A stretch of 64,000 nucleotides of DNA. Source: Octopus sinensis (Eukaryota). The translations under genes and the position numbers were made by a program. Of the stretch, positions 24,861 to 36,725 are shown in pieces. The stretch lies in contig NC_042999.1 in assembly GCF_006345805.1 (NCBI RefSeq), positions 115,444,001 through 115,508,000 on the forward strand, written 5' to 3'. The stretch's first letter is position 1, and every line of letters begins with the position of its first letter. Under the pieces are notes generated by a model. The model saw nothing but the letters and a program-made list of their open reading frames with translations, was not told the DNA's origin and made no database searches.

Positions 24861-25584
24861 CAGAACATACATACATACTTACATGCATGCATACCTAGGT
24901 GAAATAGTACAAATGGAATGAAGGGAAAAGACGGACCTTTGAATGATGCGAGTAGTTACAACAAGCGAACGAAATGCAAGTACACAAAAAAATATTACCA
25001 AAAAAAGTGTACACAGTGAACTGTATGTTGTCAAAAGAAAAAGGAAAAGAAAGTAAACTAATGTTTCGGGTGAACCCTTTATCAAAGTAGAGTAAAAGAG
25101 AACTAAAGAAGAAAAAAACAAGAAAAGAAACAATACCTTTTTAAAGCATGTGCACAGCTTTTGACTACATGATGCATATGTGTGTGTAACACACACACAT
25201 ATCTATATATGTATGTGTAACATACACACACATACACCTTGTTGCCACCATCTTTGTCTTCCTTCCAGAACTCTCACCCACTTTTATATAGTGTGGGTTA
25301 GCTATGTATCTCCTCTATAGCAGACATCTGTGTCTGCCCCTAATCATAATTTAGCCATTCAACACTTGGCATTAAATCACCTCACTCTCCACTACAGCCT
25401 CACAAAGTAAAGAGGTCCTTTTTTTTTGTCTTGCAAGTTGTTAGATGATCTCATAATTACTGGTGTTAGAAAAAAGAAGAAAAAGCATCCAGTACGTAAG
25501 GCATTTCACTTCAGATAATAATTGGCTAAACTTCCTGGGAATATTATCATAAAAAACAAAAAAAAAACTAATACACATTTTTAC

Positions 25585-25778
25585 CTGAATAGGAAGAATT
25601 CCTGGTAGTATTGGACAGGTGATGCCAATTTCTCTACAATCCTTGACATATTTTTCAAAAGTGTCCATTTCAAAAAATAGTTGTGTTATAATAAAATCCG
25701 CACCAGCATCAACCTTCTCTTTCAGATGTTTTAAGTCCTCTTCGTAAGAAGCACATTCTGGGTGACCTGAGGGGTAAC
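25585..25778 (-). CDS. MTHFR: MTHFR coding exon 4, 194 bp
   Basis: GYPSGHPE...[15 protein letters not shown]...PGILPIQ; AG/GT boundaries; phase 1 to 0. Confidence 0.97.
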
Positions 25779-26433
25779 CTGGATTTGAAGGAAAACAGTT
25801 TGTAGATATTTACAAATATATTTAAGAGAATTTTGTGTTATTTATTTTGTAAACAACATTGTTAATTACTTTAGGTTTCCAGTGAGGCATCTCTGATTCA
25901 TTACTCTATTATCTATTGCAAAAATGTATTGGAGCTTAACGATGTACGTACATGGCATACATATGCTGCATTGGTCCATCTACCATGACTAAGTTATCTT
26001 TTATCTTTTACTCATTTCAGTCAATGGACTGTGGCCATGCTGGACAAACCAACTCTGGTTGCCAAGCAGAGATGGAGTGGGGGTGCTTAAACACAAATAC
26101 AAAGACACACAGCATCATCATGAACACACACACACACACACATACAAATGATAGGCTTCTTTCAGTTTCTGTCAACCAAATCCACTCACAAAGCTTTGGC
26201 TAGCCTGGTGCTATAGCTGAAGACATTTGCTCAAGATGCTATTCAGTGGGACTAAACCCAAAACTATACGTTTGGGTTGCAATCTTCGAACCTCTCAGCC
26301 AACTTAAAAAGAAATTTAATAAAAAAATATTAAAAAAAAACTTCTATTCCCTTTTTGGAAACAGTATTATCAGCAAGGATCAAGAAAATAATTCTTCAGT
26401 TCTTAGATACACTTAAACCTGAGTAGTTCTGGT

Positions 26434-26745
26434 CAGTGGCAGACTGGGTCTAAAAATATTGGTTGCCAGGAGACAATGGGGGACCACCTGCAACTACAAA
26501 GGGGCTCATCAGCAACTACAATGCTATCATTTAATTATTGTTTTTGTTGAAAGTATTCTTTTCAACTGTCTACAAACACACCCAAGCTGAAATAATTAAT
26601 ACATTTTTCCATGAGTGAATAAAAATTCTCAAACTTGAGGAGATGGGCCCCTTAGATACTAACATGGGCCCCCATATACAAATTCTAATGGCACAGGGGC
26701 CCATTTGCCATCGGGCAAGCTGGCAACCAGGCCAGTCTGCCATTG
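26434..26745. mobile_element. hAT-type MITE
   Basis: TIR CA(G/A)TGGCAGACTGG and exact 8 bp target-site duplication GTTCTGGT (26426-26433, 26746-26753). Confidence 0.9.
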
Positions 26746-26803
26746 GTTCTGGTCACACTGGAGCATTGTCCTAATTTGTTAGATAATAAAAGATTGGTCT
26801 TAC

Positions 26804-26914
26804 CAGCAACAACAATCACAAAATGATCTCCATGTTCTTTTCGTATCAATCTGACCAAGTCTACAGCATAAGGTAGTTCATCCACAGTGCTAGCCACATG
26901 GCCTGGAAATTTAT
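26804..26914 (-). CDS. MTHFR: MTHFR coding exon 3, 111 bp
   Basis: DKFPG...YAVDLVRLIRKEHGDHFVIVVAG; ATTCAG acceptor and GTAAG donor. Confidence 0.95.
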
Positions 26915-27040
26915 CTGAATAATAATAATAAAATAATGATTGAGTCTTTTCAGGAATGATGGATCTCAAAGCAAATAAAGCTACAAATAATAGCATGTAA
27001 ATATTAGGTAAAAAAAACCTTTTGGACAGAAAAAATCAAA

Positions 27041-27105
27041 TGCTACCTGTGGGACTTGAACCCACATCTGGAAGTATAACAGCATTTTACTATTAGACCA
27101 AAGCA
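27041..27105 (-). pseudogene. tRNA-derived fragment (SINE head or tRNA pseudogene)
   Basis: Intact T arm GTGGG-TTCAAGT-CCCAC and A-box-like TGGTCTAATAG; acceptor and anticodon arms are broken. Confidence 0.45.
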
Positions 27106-27279
27106 ATTCTTTGTATTTCTCAATCCATTTTAGAAACTTTATTCTTATTAGTAAGAATTGTATTTTAAATCTTAATGATTAACATTTTAATAACTATTTC
27201 ACCCCATTTTTCAATCCTTGATTGCATTGTTTACATAGTAGTATTCATATGTGAAATGTTGTAACAAATCAGTGGTGGC

Positions 27280-27760
27280 TCTAATTTGTATAGAATATTT
27301 GTGTCTGGCAACAGTCTTGGTAGACACTCACAAGATTATCCACTGGCTTTCCAACAACTTTGGACACCTTTTTGAATTCCATATGTCTAACACTTGTGGA
27401 CATGCTTACAAAATCAAAAAACAACACAGCACCTATGACCTTTGGAAACATTTTATGTTCAGAATTGCTGAAGCATGGAATATACTATTTGCATCAGCTG
27501 TTAGCTGTCAGGACACTACATCCTTCAAAACTTCCATGCTTCCAAAAATTCGTTTTCAACAGTTTGATGACCAACATAGAAGCTCTCTCACTTGCTTGTG
27601 CAATGTATGTTGTATACAAGTGTGAATGTATACATGCATAGAGATGAGTGTAAATAGCTATGAATATACACAAAAGAAGGTGTGTGTTAGTATTTATAAT
27701 GATGTTCTGGGCATGGACCTTGGTTCTACTACACCAAATACTTTTGTATGTCTTTACCTC
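27280..27760 (+). mobile_element. CR1-type LINE 3' end
   Basis: LVDTHKII...TCGHAYKI...FRIAEAWNIL...SFKT matches the CR1 ORF2 C-terminal pattern. Confidence 0.75.
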
Positions 27761-27780
27761 ACATATAAACAATATCTTAA

Positions 27781-27999
27781 TCCTTTAGCATTCAGATTAC
27801 TCTGTCAAATGTAATGTTTCTTTATTCACATTGTTTTGAATTAATCATGCATTATCTCATAGCTTCAAGATTCCAATAATGCGATTGCTTAATTTAAGAA
27901 TGACATTGAAGGGTAAGTGTGAAGTGCTGGACATGGTCAATTTTAACATAAAATAAGATGAATATTTGAGCAGATTCAGTTGGTTTAAATGTTAAAGGA
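27781..27999. mobile_element. piggyBac-type MITE
   Basis: TTAA on both sides and TIR TCCTTTA(G/A)CATT. Confidence 0.75.
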
Positions 28000-28032
28000 T
28001 TAATAAAGGGTTAAAGTAAAAGAATCAGTTAC

Positions 28033-28274
28033 CTCCTCTTAAGGCTAAAATATTTCGTATCCCTTGATCTTTTGCTTTATTCAAAATGTTCTTGATCTCT
28101 GAAACAGACTGGCTGCCGCTTGTAATATGTAACATGGTTGGTAAATTGAAATAATTCAACATTGTGCTTGCCATGCAGAGGGAACTAGTTGGTTTCTCTA
28201 AATTCTGAGGGTCATTTTTCAAATGCCAGGTCATATCACAGAATAGTGGCTGACTTTCAGCAAAACATTCCATT
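28033..28274 (-). CDS. MTHFR: MTHFR coding exon 2, 242 bp
   Basis: PLFCDMTWH...TMLHITS...GIRNILALRG; TTATAG acceptor and GTAACT donor; phase 2 to 1. Confidence 0.95.
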
Positions 28275-28350
28275 CTATAAATAAATAAATAAATTAAAAC
28301 AACAACAATAATAAAAAGGTAGTCATTATATCCAACTAAATATATAAGCT

Positions 28351-28534
28351 AATACTGTGTTATTAGTCTTGAGAGATCCTCTTATATAGGAACTTGGTAC
28401 ATAAAAGCACACACTGAGACCATAGCAGAAGAAATTTATCTGTAATGGGTAAAGGAATTCTACAATCTATGTATGTGCTTTTATGCACCATGCACCTATA
28501 TCTGAGGACCTCTCAAGGCTAATAACACAGTATT
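28351..28534. mobile_element. MITE with about 65 bp imperfect TIRs
   Basis: AATACTGTGTTATTAGTCTTGAGAGATCCTC...CATAAAAGCACA at the left is mirrored at the right end. Confidence 0.75.
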
Positions 28535-29654
28535 TAGTGTTCTAACAAGACATCCATGTTAAGTTGGATACAAATATTACCTTTTGGTACTAACACTGCT
28601 TCCATCGCTAATAATTAATTAATAATAGTAATAGCTTCTGATTTAGGCAGAAACCTAAATACTTTGAGGGGAAAAGGTAAGCAAATGCCATCGGCCTCAG
28701 TACTTGACTATTACTTTGTTCTATCAACATCAAAAAGAAGAAAGGCAAAGCTAACCTTGGTTGGAGTTGAACTCAGAATATAAAGAGCAGGAAGAAATAC
28801 CTACAAGGCATTTTGCACAATGCTCTAATGATTCTGTCAATAATATATATTTTTCTGTCTCTATAGAGTTGGCGTATATACATATTCATATATATATATA
28901 AATGTTGAGAGAAAGTAGGGATTAAAGAAATCCAGCTGAACACCTTGGTCAGTATTCCATGCAAAAAACAGAATGTCAAGTTTAAAGCAGAATCTGTATA
29001 CATTAAATCTACAGAGTATTTCATACAAACTGTAAATTGGACGAGATTCACCGACCATTTGGTTGATGCATTTATTGTAGAGTATAATAGCAATCACTGG
29101 AAATAAGGAAGAATGATGCTGTTACATATCTTTATTCAGGGTTATGATAATTTCAAATGGCTAGAGCTATTTTATCATTATACACAATGGTTTGTGCATA
29201 TAAAACTTATGAAAATCCATACCAGATAATTTTCTTGGATAGGGGAACATTTGATGTATATAACTTTGCTATTTTGCAACTTGACATCCTTCACAGCATA
29301 TATTTGTTAAAAATTCTCAAAATTTACCATAATAATTTAAAGGTCTAATGACAATGGTAGAGGGCAAATTATCTTATCAATTGATTAATCATTGTATGGG
29401 TTTACACAAACTGTATATATACAAATCAATGCATGTAGACAAAAATGAAAGCACAAAGCTAGCAAGTCATATCAGCTTTCCCAATCTTCACACTGTGGAA
29501 ACATCCAGGCTGTAATAGCTGGAGAGCGAGAAGGTTGCACCAGTGCTCAGCTGGTACTCACTTATTGCAACAATGTGAAATAAAGGGAAAATAGAATGTA
29601 AGCTCTCAACACTTGCAATATGTGAAAAATGGTTACAAGAAAGAATGGTTTTAC

Positions 29655-29830
29655 ATGTCAAACAAATCTCTGGCTCCATTGGTAGTTTTTGGTGGAAAGA
29701 ATTCCAAAGAGAACCAGGGATCATTTGAAGACATACGGAGTTTCATTTGGTCAGTGAGAGAAATGAAATTATTTTTCATGGAAGACTTCCGTAGTCCATT
29801 GCATTCCTGTTTGTTGTTTATTTCACCCAT
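29655..29830 (-). CDS. MTHFR: MTHFR coding exon 1 from the putative ATG (acceptor at 29843 implies a further upstream exon)
   Basis: MGEINN...WFSLEFFPPKT...LFD; poly-T CAG acceptor 12 nt before the ATG; weak AT|GTAAAA donor in phase with exon 2. Confidence 0.88.
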
Positions 29831-30528
29831 TTTAAGAATTTTCTGAAAAAAAAAAATAAACAAAGAAATCAAACATTAAAGGATTAAAAAGAAATCAAAT
29901 ATTAAAGGATTATATAGACATACAGTGAAGGTGTGTGGCTTAGTGGTTAGGGTAAGCAGCTCACGATTGTAAGGTCACAAGTTTGATTCCTGGTACTGCA
30001 TTATGTTCTTGAGCAAGACATTTACTTTACGTTGTTCCAGTTCACTCATCTGGCAAAAATGAATTGTTCCTGTAATTCAAAGAGACAGTCTTGTCACATT
30101 CTGTGTTATGCTGAATCTCCCTGAGAACTATGTTAAAGGTATGTGTGTCTGTGGAGTACTCAGCCACATATATGTTAGTTTCACAAGTTGGCTGTTCTGT
30201 TGATTGGATCAACTGGAATCCTTGTCTTAGTAACCGACGGAGTGCCATATAAACATATGTACATCATCATTACCATCACCATCATACTCATCATTTAATG
30301 CCTGCTTTCCATGCTGGTATGTGTTGGATAGTTTCACAGGCTTCAACACGTGGAGGATTGCAGCAAGTTCCAAGTCTTCTTTGGCATGGTTTCTACAAGT
30401 GGATGCCCTTCCAAATACCAACTACTTTACAGAGTGTACTGATATTGGCATTAGTGAGATTGCCAGGTAACTAGCAAGACAAAGAAAAAAGAAGCACCTT
30501 CAACTGAGTGGGGTTGGAGTAGAGGGGG

Positions 30529-30840
30529 GTAAGTGGGGGTTGTGATAGAAGGGGTAAGTGGGGTTGTGATAGAGGGGGTAAGTGGGGTTGTGACAGAGGG
30601 GGTAAGTGGGGTTGTGATAGGTGTATGGGGTTGTGGTAGAGGAGGTAAGTGGGGTTGTGATAGAGGGGTAAGTGGGGTTGTGATAGAGGGAGTAAGTGGG
30701 GTTGTGGTAGAGGAGGTAAGTGGGGTTGTGATAGAGGGGTAAGTGGGGTTGTGATAGAGGGAGTAAGTGGGGTTGTGGTGGAGGAGGTAAGTGGGATTGT
30801 GGTAGAGAGAGTAAGGAGGGATTGTGATAGAGGGGCTAAG
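30529..30840 (+). repeat. G-rich 24 bp minisatellite, about 13 copies
   Basis: Unit GTAAGTGGGGTTGTGATAGAGGGG; reads as (GVVIEGVS)n in the ORF track. Confidence 0.95.
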
Positions 30841-31559
30841 TGTCTTTGTGTCAGATTTTGAGAGAGACTGACACAGGTGTCTTGCTAATAGAAGAGATAC
30901 ATGGCTACCTTACATTAAATAAGAGTGGGTGAAAGTAGCTGGAAAGAGATAAAGATGTGAGGAGGTGTCAGAGTGTATTTTCAAGGTACAAGAAGGTGAG
31001 AGAATATGGACTAAGGACTAGGAGGAGTGGGTGGATAAGAGAGTGACAGATGGTTAGAGTTGGGAGTGGAAGTGAATGTAGTGAGTGATGTACAAGGGTG
31101 GAAGCCTGGTCAATGGTAAATATCAGTATGGGGAGATGGTACGAGAAATAGCTAAGGAAAGGGGTGGTTATATGTGGTGATACAGGATGGTGGAGAGTAG
31201 TAGAAACATGTAGATACATGAGAAAAAAGTGAGATGACGTGTGGGGGAGGCAGAGAGAGAGAGAAAGAGAGAGATGGAAGTCAGAGTGTGTTGTGGTGGT
31301 TGTAGTGAGTAGGTGACAGAGGTGGGGATTTAAAACAAAGAAGTCTCAATATTCCGTCTGACACTAAAAATACAGCAAAGCTCTAATGACCCTTTTGTTT
31401 CACCACCCTACCATAGACAAAAATATCTGTAATGTTACATAAATTAGGTTCAGATGAAAATTCCAAGAACTGATATAACCTATTTGAAGAAGCATTATGT
31501 GATGCAATGATTTTGACAGACTGTAATTATGATCCAGTTTTCAAAAGAAGCATGATCCA

Positions 31560-32300
31560 TTTAGATTTTTCATCAATACCAGATCTGCTTCAGATCACCT
31601 GGACTGGCCAAGCTGTCTGGTGCCAAGTCAGCTCTGCTGGCCACAGCATTTACTCCATTCTTGCCATTCTCCTCCATGTTGTTCCAAACATCTTTCATAA
31701 ATCATCTTCCCACCTGATTGGAGTTCTTTTGAGTGGTCTTTTCTGTTTGTGCGGGTACCACTCGACAACTGCATGGGTCCACCGATTGTCTGTGAACCTT
31801 GTAACATGACCGGTCAATCGTAGCTTTGCTTGGTGGTATTCTGTGATGTCCTTCACTCCAGTTCTATCCCTGATCTCCTCATCCTGGATGTGATCTCTTA
31901 GCAAGATCCCAACATTGGCCTCTCAATGACTCTCTGCACTGCAAGCAAATTTTGTTCTCTCTTCAACAAGGCCCAAGTCTCACATGCATGTAGCATTGTA
32001 GGAAAGACTGTACTGTTGAATAGATTGACGTGAGTTGCCTTGTCTAGTTTTGCTTCCAGCACATCCTTCACCAAGTTGAATGCTCTCTGTCCTGCTCTTA
32101 CATTTCGTAAGATTGCATTCTCCATCTCTCACCTCATAGTCACTTCTTGATTGAGGTACACATAGCTGTTCACCTCTTCTATGGATTCTGCTATAAAGGC
32201 CAGGTCATCAGCACAGAGGAGCTCCCAGGGGTAACCCGTCTTGAATTCCTCTGTTATTGCCTGGAGGACTATGATGAATAAAAGGGGACTATATGTCCAG
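31560..32300 (-). mobile_element. RTE-clade LINE RT fragments
   Basis: LFNSTVFPTMLHACETW, EEIRDRTGVKDI...GHVTR...RWEDDL; adjacent PLLFIIVL...WELLCADDL fragment at 32190-32290. Confidence 0.85.
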
Positions 32301-33474
32301 CAAAGAAGGAAATTTGCGACTCATTTAACAGAAAGAAATCAACCATGTAGCAACCATATGAAAATCAAGGAAACAATTGTTTCACATGCCCTCATCAAAA
32401 TGAAGGATAATTGCAATATGTTATATGAAAAAGTACTGTTGATGATCGATGATGAATATATTTTCAACCAAATGATAGTGATCAGTTTCCACAACAGGAA
32501 ATAAAGATGAATGTCATTGTCACCTCGATCATCATTGATCCAGGAACATGTGGCTTAACTGATATATCTTCATTCAATAAAACCAAAGGTTTATATCCTG
32601 AGAGTGTTAAAACCATTCAAAGCTAATACATTCTTACCTATGGCTTCACTTGCATCTCTGGTTTTGCTTGAGGTAACTCAGGTCATAGGAGAAATTAGTT
32701 CAATTAATTATATTCTTAATTGGGTGTATTCTTTTTGAAAGCTCATGATCATAAGGTCTTGTGCTTGATTCCCAGTGGCACATTGTGTCTTGAGCAAGAC
32801 ACTTTATTTCACATTGCTCCAGTACACTCAGCTGGCAAAAATGAGTAGTACCCGTATTTCAATAGGACAGCCATGTCACATTCAGTGTCATGCTGAATCT
32901 CCCTGAGAATTACATTAAGGGTACGCATGTCTATGGAGTGCTCAGCCACTTGCATGTTAATTTCATGAGCAGGCTATTCCATTGATCAGATCATCTGAAA
33001 CCCTTGTTGTTCTTTCCGATGGAATGCCAGTTTTACTTATATTCTTAGTTTACTTGTTATGAAATCCCTACCTGGCAGCTTTTTATTAGCCTGTGAGATT
33101 GCTTAGTCTCTTAGTTTAGCTCAAATAAGCTGCATCAATACTCTATCAACAGTGGAAGATGATTCAATTACTAAACAATTCCTTGACCTATTCAATTACA
33201 TTGATAAATTGAAAGATTTTGCTAAAATTATCAATCTGTCATGAGGTAAAACAGTAAAAGTAACTCTTCAAAATGAAATCATTTCATGGGAAGAAACAAG
33301 TAAAAGTAGAGCATGAAAATTTGTTTAGATTGGATGTCATTGGATGAGCTAATACCCCCAACAATGTGGGTTTCCTTTTTGGCTACAATACCAATTAAAG
33401 ATGACTCTTAATTTGTGTGTGGTTTTTCACAGATAAAATACACTTATCTGTACAAACCAAGTATATAGATTGGA

Positions 33475-33855
33475 AGGGACTTTGCACCATTGGCAGACTT
33501 GGTCTGTGGCACTCAGCAAGCTGTCCCGTAGGAATTTCCAGCTACCTTGTATGTCTGATGTCTGTAGTTCATCCTTCCTCTCATTAAATTTCTTGATGTG
33601 GATGTCCCTAAATCTCTGACCATGTGAAGGGTTCTTTAGCTTCCAAATCCTTCTTTTCTGGATTGGTCTGCTTCTTGGTATCCTTCTGGCCTTGAGCCTA
33701 AAGTCACTAATGACTAGCCTATGCTGGCGGGTACATTCTTCACCTGGGAGAGTCTTTGTATTTAAGAGCAACCCTGCGTCCCACTGTCTGGTGAGGATGA
33801 AATCAATATGGCTAGCAGAGTCCCCTGACTGATAGGTTATAAGGTGGCTGTCTGG
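33475..33855 (-). mobile_element. RTE-type APE endonuclease fragment
   Basis: ITYQSG...SHIDFILTR...PGEEC..QHRLVISD...IWKLK. Confidence 0.85.
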
Positions 33856-34061
33856 CTTTATACATACACACATATATATACATATATATATACATACACA
33901 AAAATTAGAAAAAACCACCTTTTATCAATTCAAAATGAGCAATTAAATTACACCATCTAGAAAATTACATATAATAGAAATATTAAAATTAAAATAACAA
34001 TAATATACCGATGATTAAGTAAATTGCAAAATAATAATAAAAACGTATATATTTGGTAGAA

Positions 34062-34165
34062 TAATGACATGTGTTTCGTGGCTATATTTAAGAAATGATT
34101 ATAGTAAAAAAATTAATAGTGGTAGTAAAATCACTTCGATATAAATATAGCCACTCATCAGGTTA
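34062..34165 (-). ncRNA. Type I hammerhead ribozyme motif (Penelope-like), partly decayed
   Basis: CUGAUGA, perfect 13 bp stem II GUGGCUAUAUUUA/UAAAUAUAGCCAC, GAAAC-ACAU-GUC; stem I UAAC/AUUA has one mismatch. Confidence 0.7.
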
Positions 34166-35402
34166 AAAATAAACTAGAATAAAATAATTAATTAATAAAT
34201 ATACTTTAATATATATATAAGTTACTAAATATACATTAAGTGAAAACTAAGAACAATACTTAAATTATTCAATACTTTAAAATTAATTAATATACACGAT
34301 GCTAGTACAAGCTATTAATATTGTAGTCAAAATAAGAAATGGTTCAAATATAGACAAACTCATTAAATTAGCTAACTATATAATTAATATATATATGTGT
34401 AGTATCTATAGTTTTAATACATCACTCTATAATATAGTTGACTAAAAGCTAATTATCTTAAATTTAATACTACTTAATAAATATACCACCTAATAATTAA
34501 ATAATATATTGTCTAAGAAAATTAATTCTCAAATTAAATTAAATGTAATACGTTGGATCCCTTTATAACAAAAAATTAAAAAAAACTAAATAAATAGATA
34601 TAATAATTAATATCTATCATAACTTATAACTATCAATATATATAAAAATGATATAATGGCGAAAATTATTTACTAATGGAAAGTAAAAAACATTTAAGCC
34701 CCATAAATTAAAGAAAGGTGCAAAAATATTAGAACAAATGAACAATACACTATGAAGATATTCAACTACAACTGAGAGTCCTCTACAAATCCAGTCAATA
34801 ACAATAATAATAATAACAACGATCAAACTCAAAATAATACAAGGTCCAAATAATATTGATAAACAAACTATGTTACGAAGTTCAACGATTAAATTAATCT
34901 ATCTAGATTTTAAATGTATAAAAATATGTTTTAGTGTCTTATTATTATACCCAATGCTATTACTAGTCATCTCTTATTATAAAAGGCAGATTTTATCTGC
35001 CTCCCTTTGGGAGTTATACAAATCTACAATATAGGATTTCTTCAATTACAATTTACCTAGCATTTTTAAGAGTACAATGCATCGCGTCATGCCAGGTCCA
35101 GTTTTTAAAATTTAAACTCCAATTAAGCAAAATTTACAGAAAACTCACATTCTGGTGTGTGTGTCAAATGCTTTTCTTAGTCTGGTTTACACCACACGCA
35201 AACGCACACACACAGTGGGCAACAAATAAAATGAAAGTAAATAGCGACAGAGTGATTTGAGGAAGACTAAAGTGAAAGTATTCTGTCTATGACGCTGATA
35301 GATACATGAGTAAAATGTATGGGAAGCTAAGAGCTAAGAGTGAGTGAAAATGTTCTTGGAAGAGAGTAATTAGTAATAAAGTAAACATACTCATACATAC
35401 AT

Positions 35403-35435
<33 letters not shown>

Positions 35436-35614
35436 TACATACACACACACATACATACATACACACATACATACATACATACATACATACACACACACAC
35501 ATACACACACACACAGTATTGAAGCTTGAGAACAATCAGATACATTTGCAACACATCTGTTGAAAATATTATTGTTCACACACATACATATACATATATA
35601 CATACAGACAGACA

Positions 35615-35652
<38 letters not shown>

Positions 35653-35669
35653 ATCCAGCATGGCCACAA

Positions 35670-36065
35670 CCTCAAGGCTGAAACATATAAAAGAATAACA
35701 GAATATAAATGTGTGCAAAGTACAAGAAATATTAATGCAGTATATGGGGATTGGACAATAAGCGTAAGGCAGTGTCAATGGTGGTTCCAGAAATCCCGAG
35801 CCATACACTACAGCCTAGAAGACGAGCCTCATCCTGAAAGATCTGTAGAACTCGACAAGGACATCCTGAAAACCCTGGTGGAACAAAATATCATCGTAAC
35901 TGTTGAGGAACTAGCAGAGAAGCTTGGATTTGGTCATTCAACCATTCATTGACACCTGTGTGCTATCGGAAAAGTCAGCAAATTGGGTCAATGGGTTCCT
36001 CACGAACTTTCCGAGTCTAATTGCATGCAGAGAGTGAATGTATGCTTTTCTTTGCTGTCATATCT
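35670..36065 (+). mobile_element. Mariner transposase N-terminal fragment
   Basis: RNINAVYG...QWWFQK...SLEDEPH...TVEELAEKL...KLGQWVPHEL. Confidence 0.85.
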
Positions 36066-36087
36066 CACCACTACTGCGCTATGTATA

Positions 36088-36725
36088 TCTATATATATAA
36101 AACTGTAGTTGTGTGAGTGTCTGTCCCCTTCGATTTAGATTCCTAACTACTCCCACATTTTGCGGTACAGTTTAACCAAATTCGGGTAGCTTATAGTCAT
36201 GATTCATATCGAGCCCGTCTGAATATTAGCGCGCGTCTACGATGAGTCTACGATTTTAAAAATAATTTGACATCATTTTTTATTCCATTTTAATGCATAA
36301 TTTTTCGTGTGTCGATGGCGGCGGAGTTGGCGTCCACGCTCACACCTGCACCTGTGGGGAAGGGAGTGTAAGGAAATCAACGTCGTAATGCATTGTCAAG
36401 GAGACCAGTGTTCTTTTAGAACAACGACTTCATGGCTTGAAGACACCAAAACAGAAATGGCTAAGAAAGCGTCTACATGAGTCTACGATTGAAAAAAAAA
36501 TTTACCATCGTTTTTTTCCCATTTTAATGCATTTTTTCGCTATTATATAAGGGAAGTAACTCTCTAAAAATGTCTACGATGAGTCAACGATTTAAAAAAA
36601 AATTTACCATCATATTTTTTCAATTTTTAATGCATTTTTTGCTATTTTTTTGGCTATAACTCTCTAAAAATGCTTATATAGTTATTTCCCTTACAAACCC
36701 GAGCAACGCCGGGCGATACTGCTAG
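36088..36725 (+). mobile_element. Non-autonomous Helitron
   Basis: 5' TC(TATATATAAAA), 3' hairpin CCCGAGCAACGCCGGG then CTAG, inserted between A and T; internal direct repeats; CpG-rich. Confidence 0.85.

Noticed and set aside
27041-27105. Functional tRNA gene
   Set aside because: Acceptor and anticodon stems cannot be formed.
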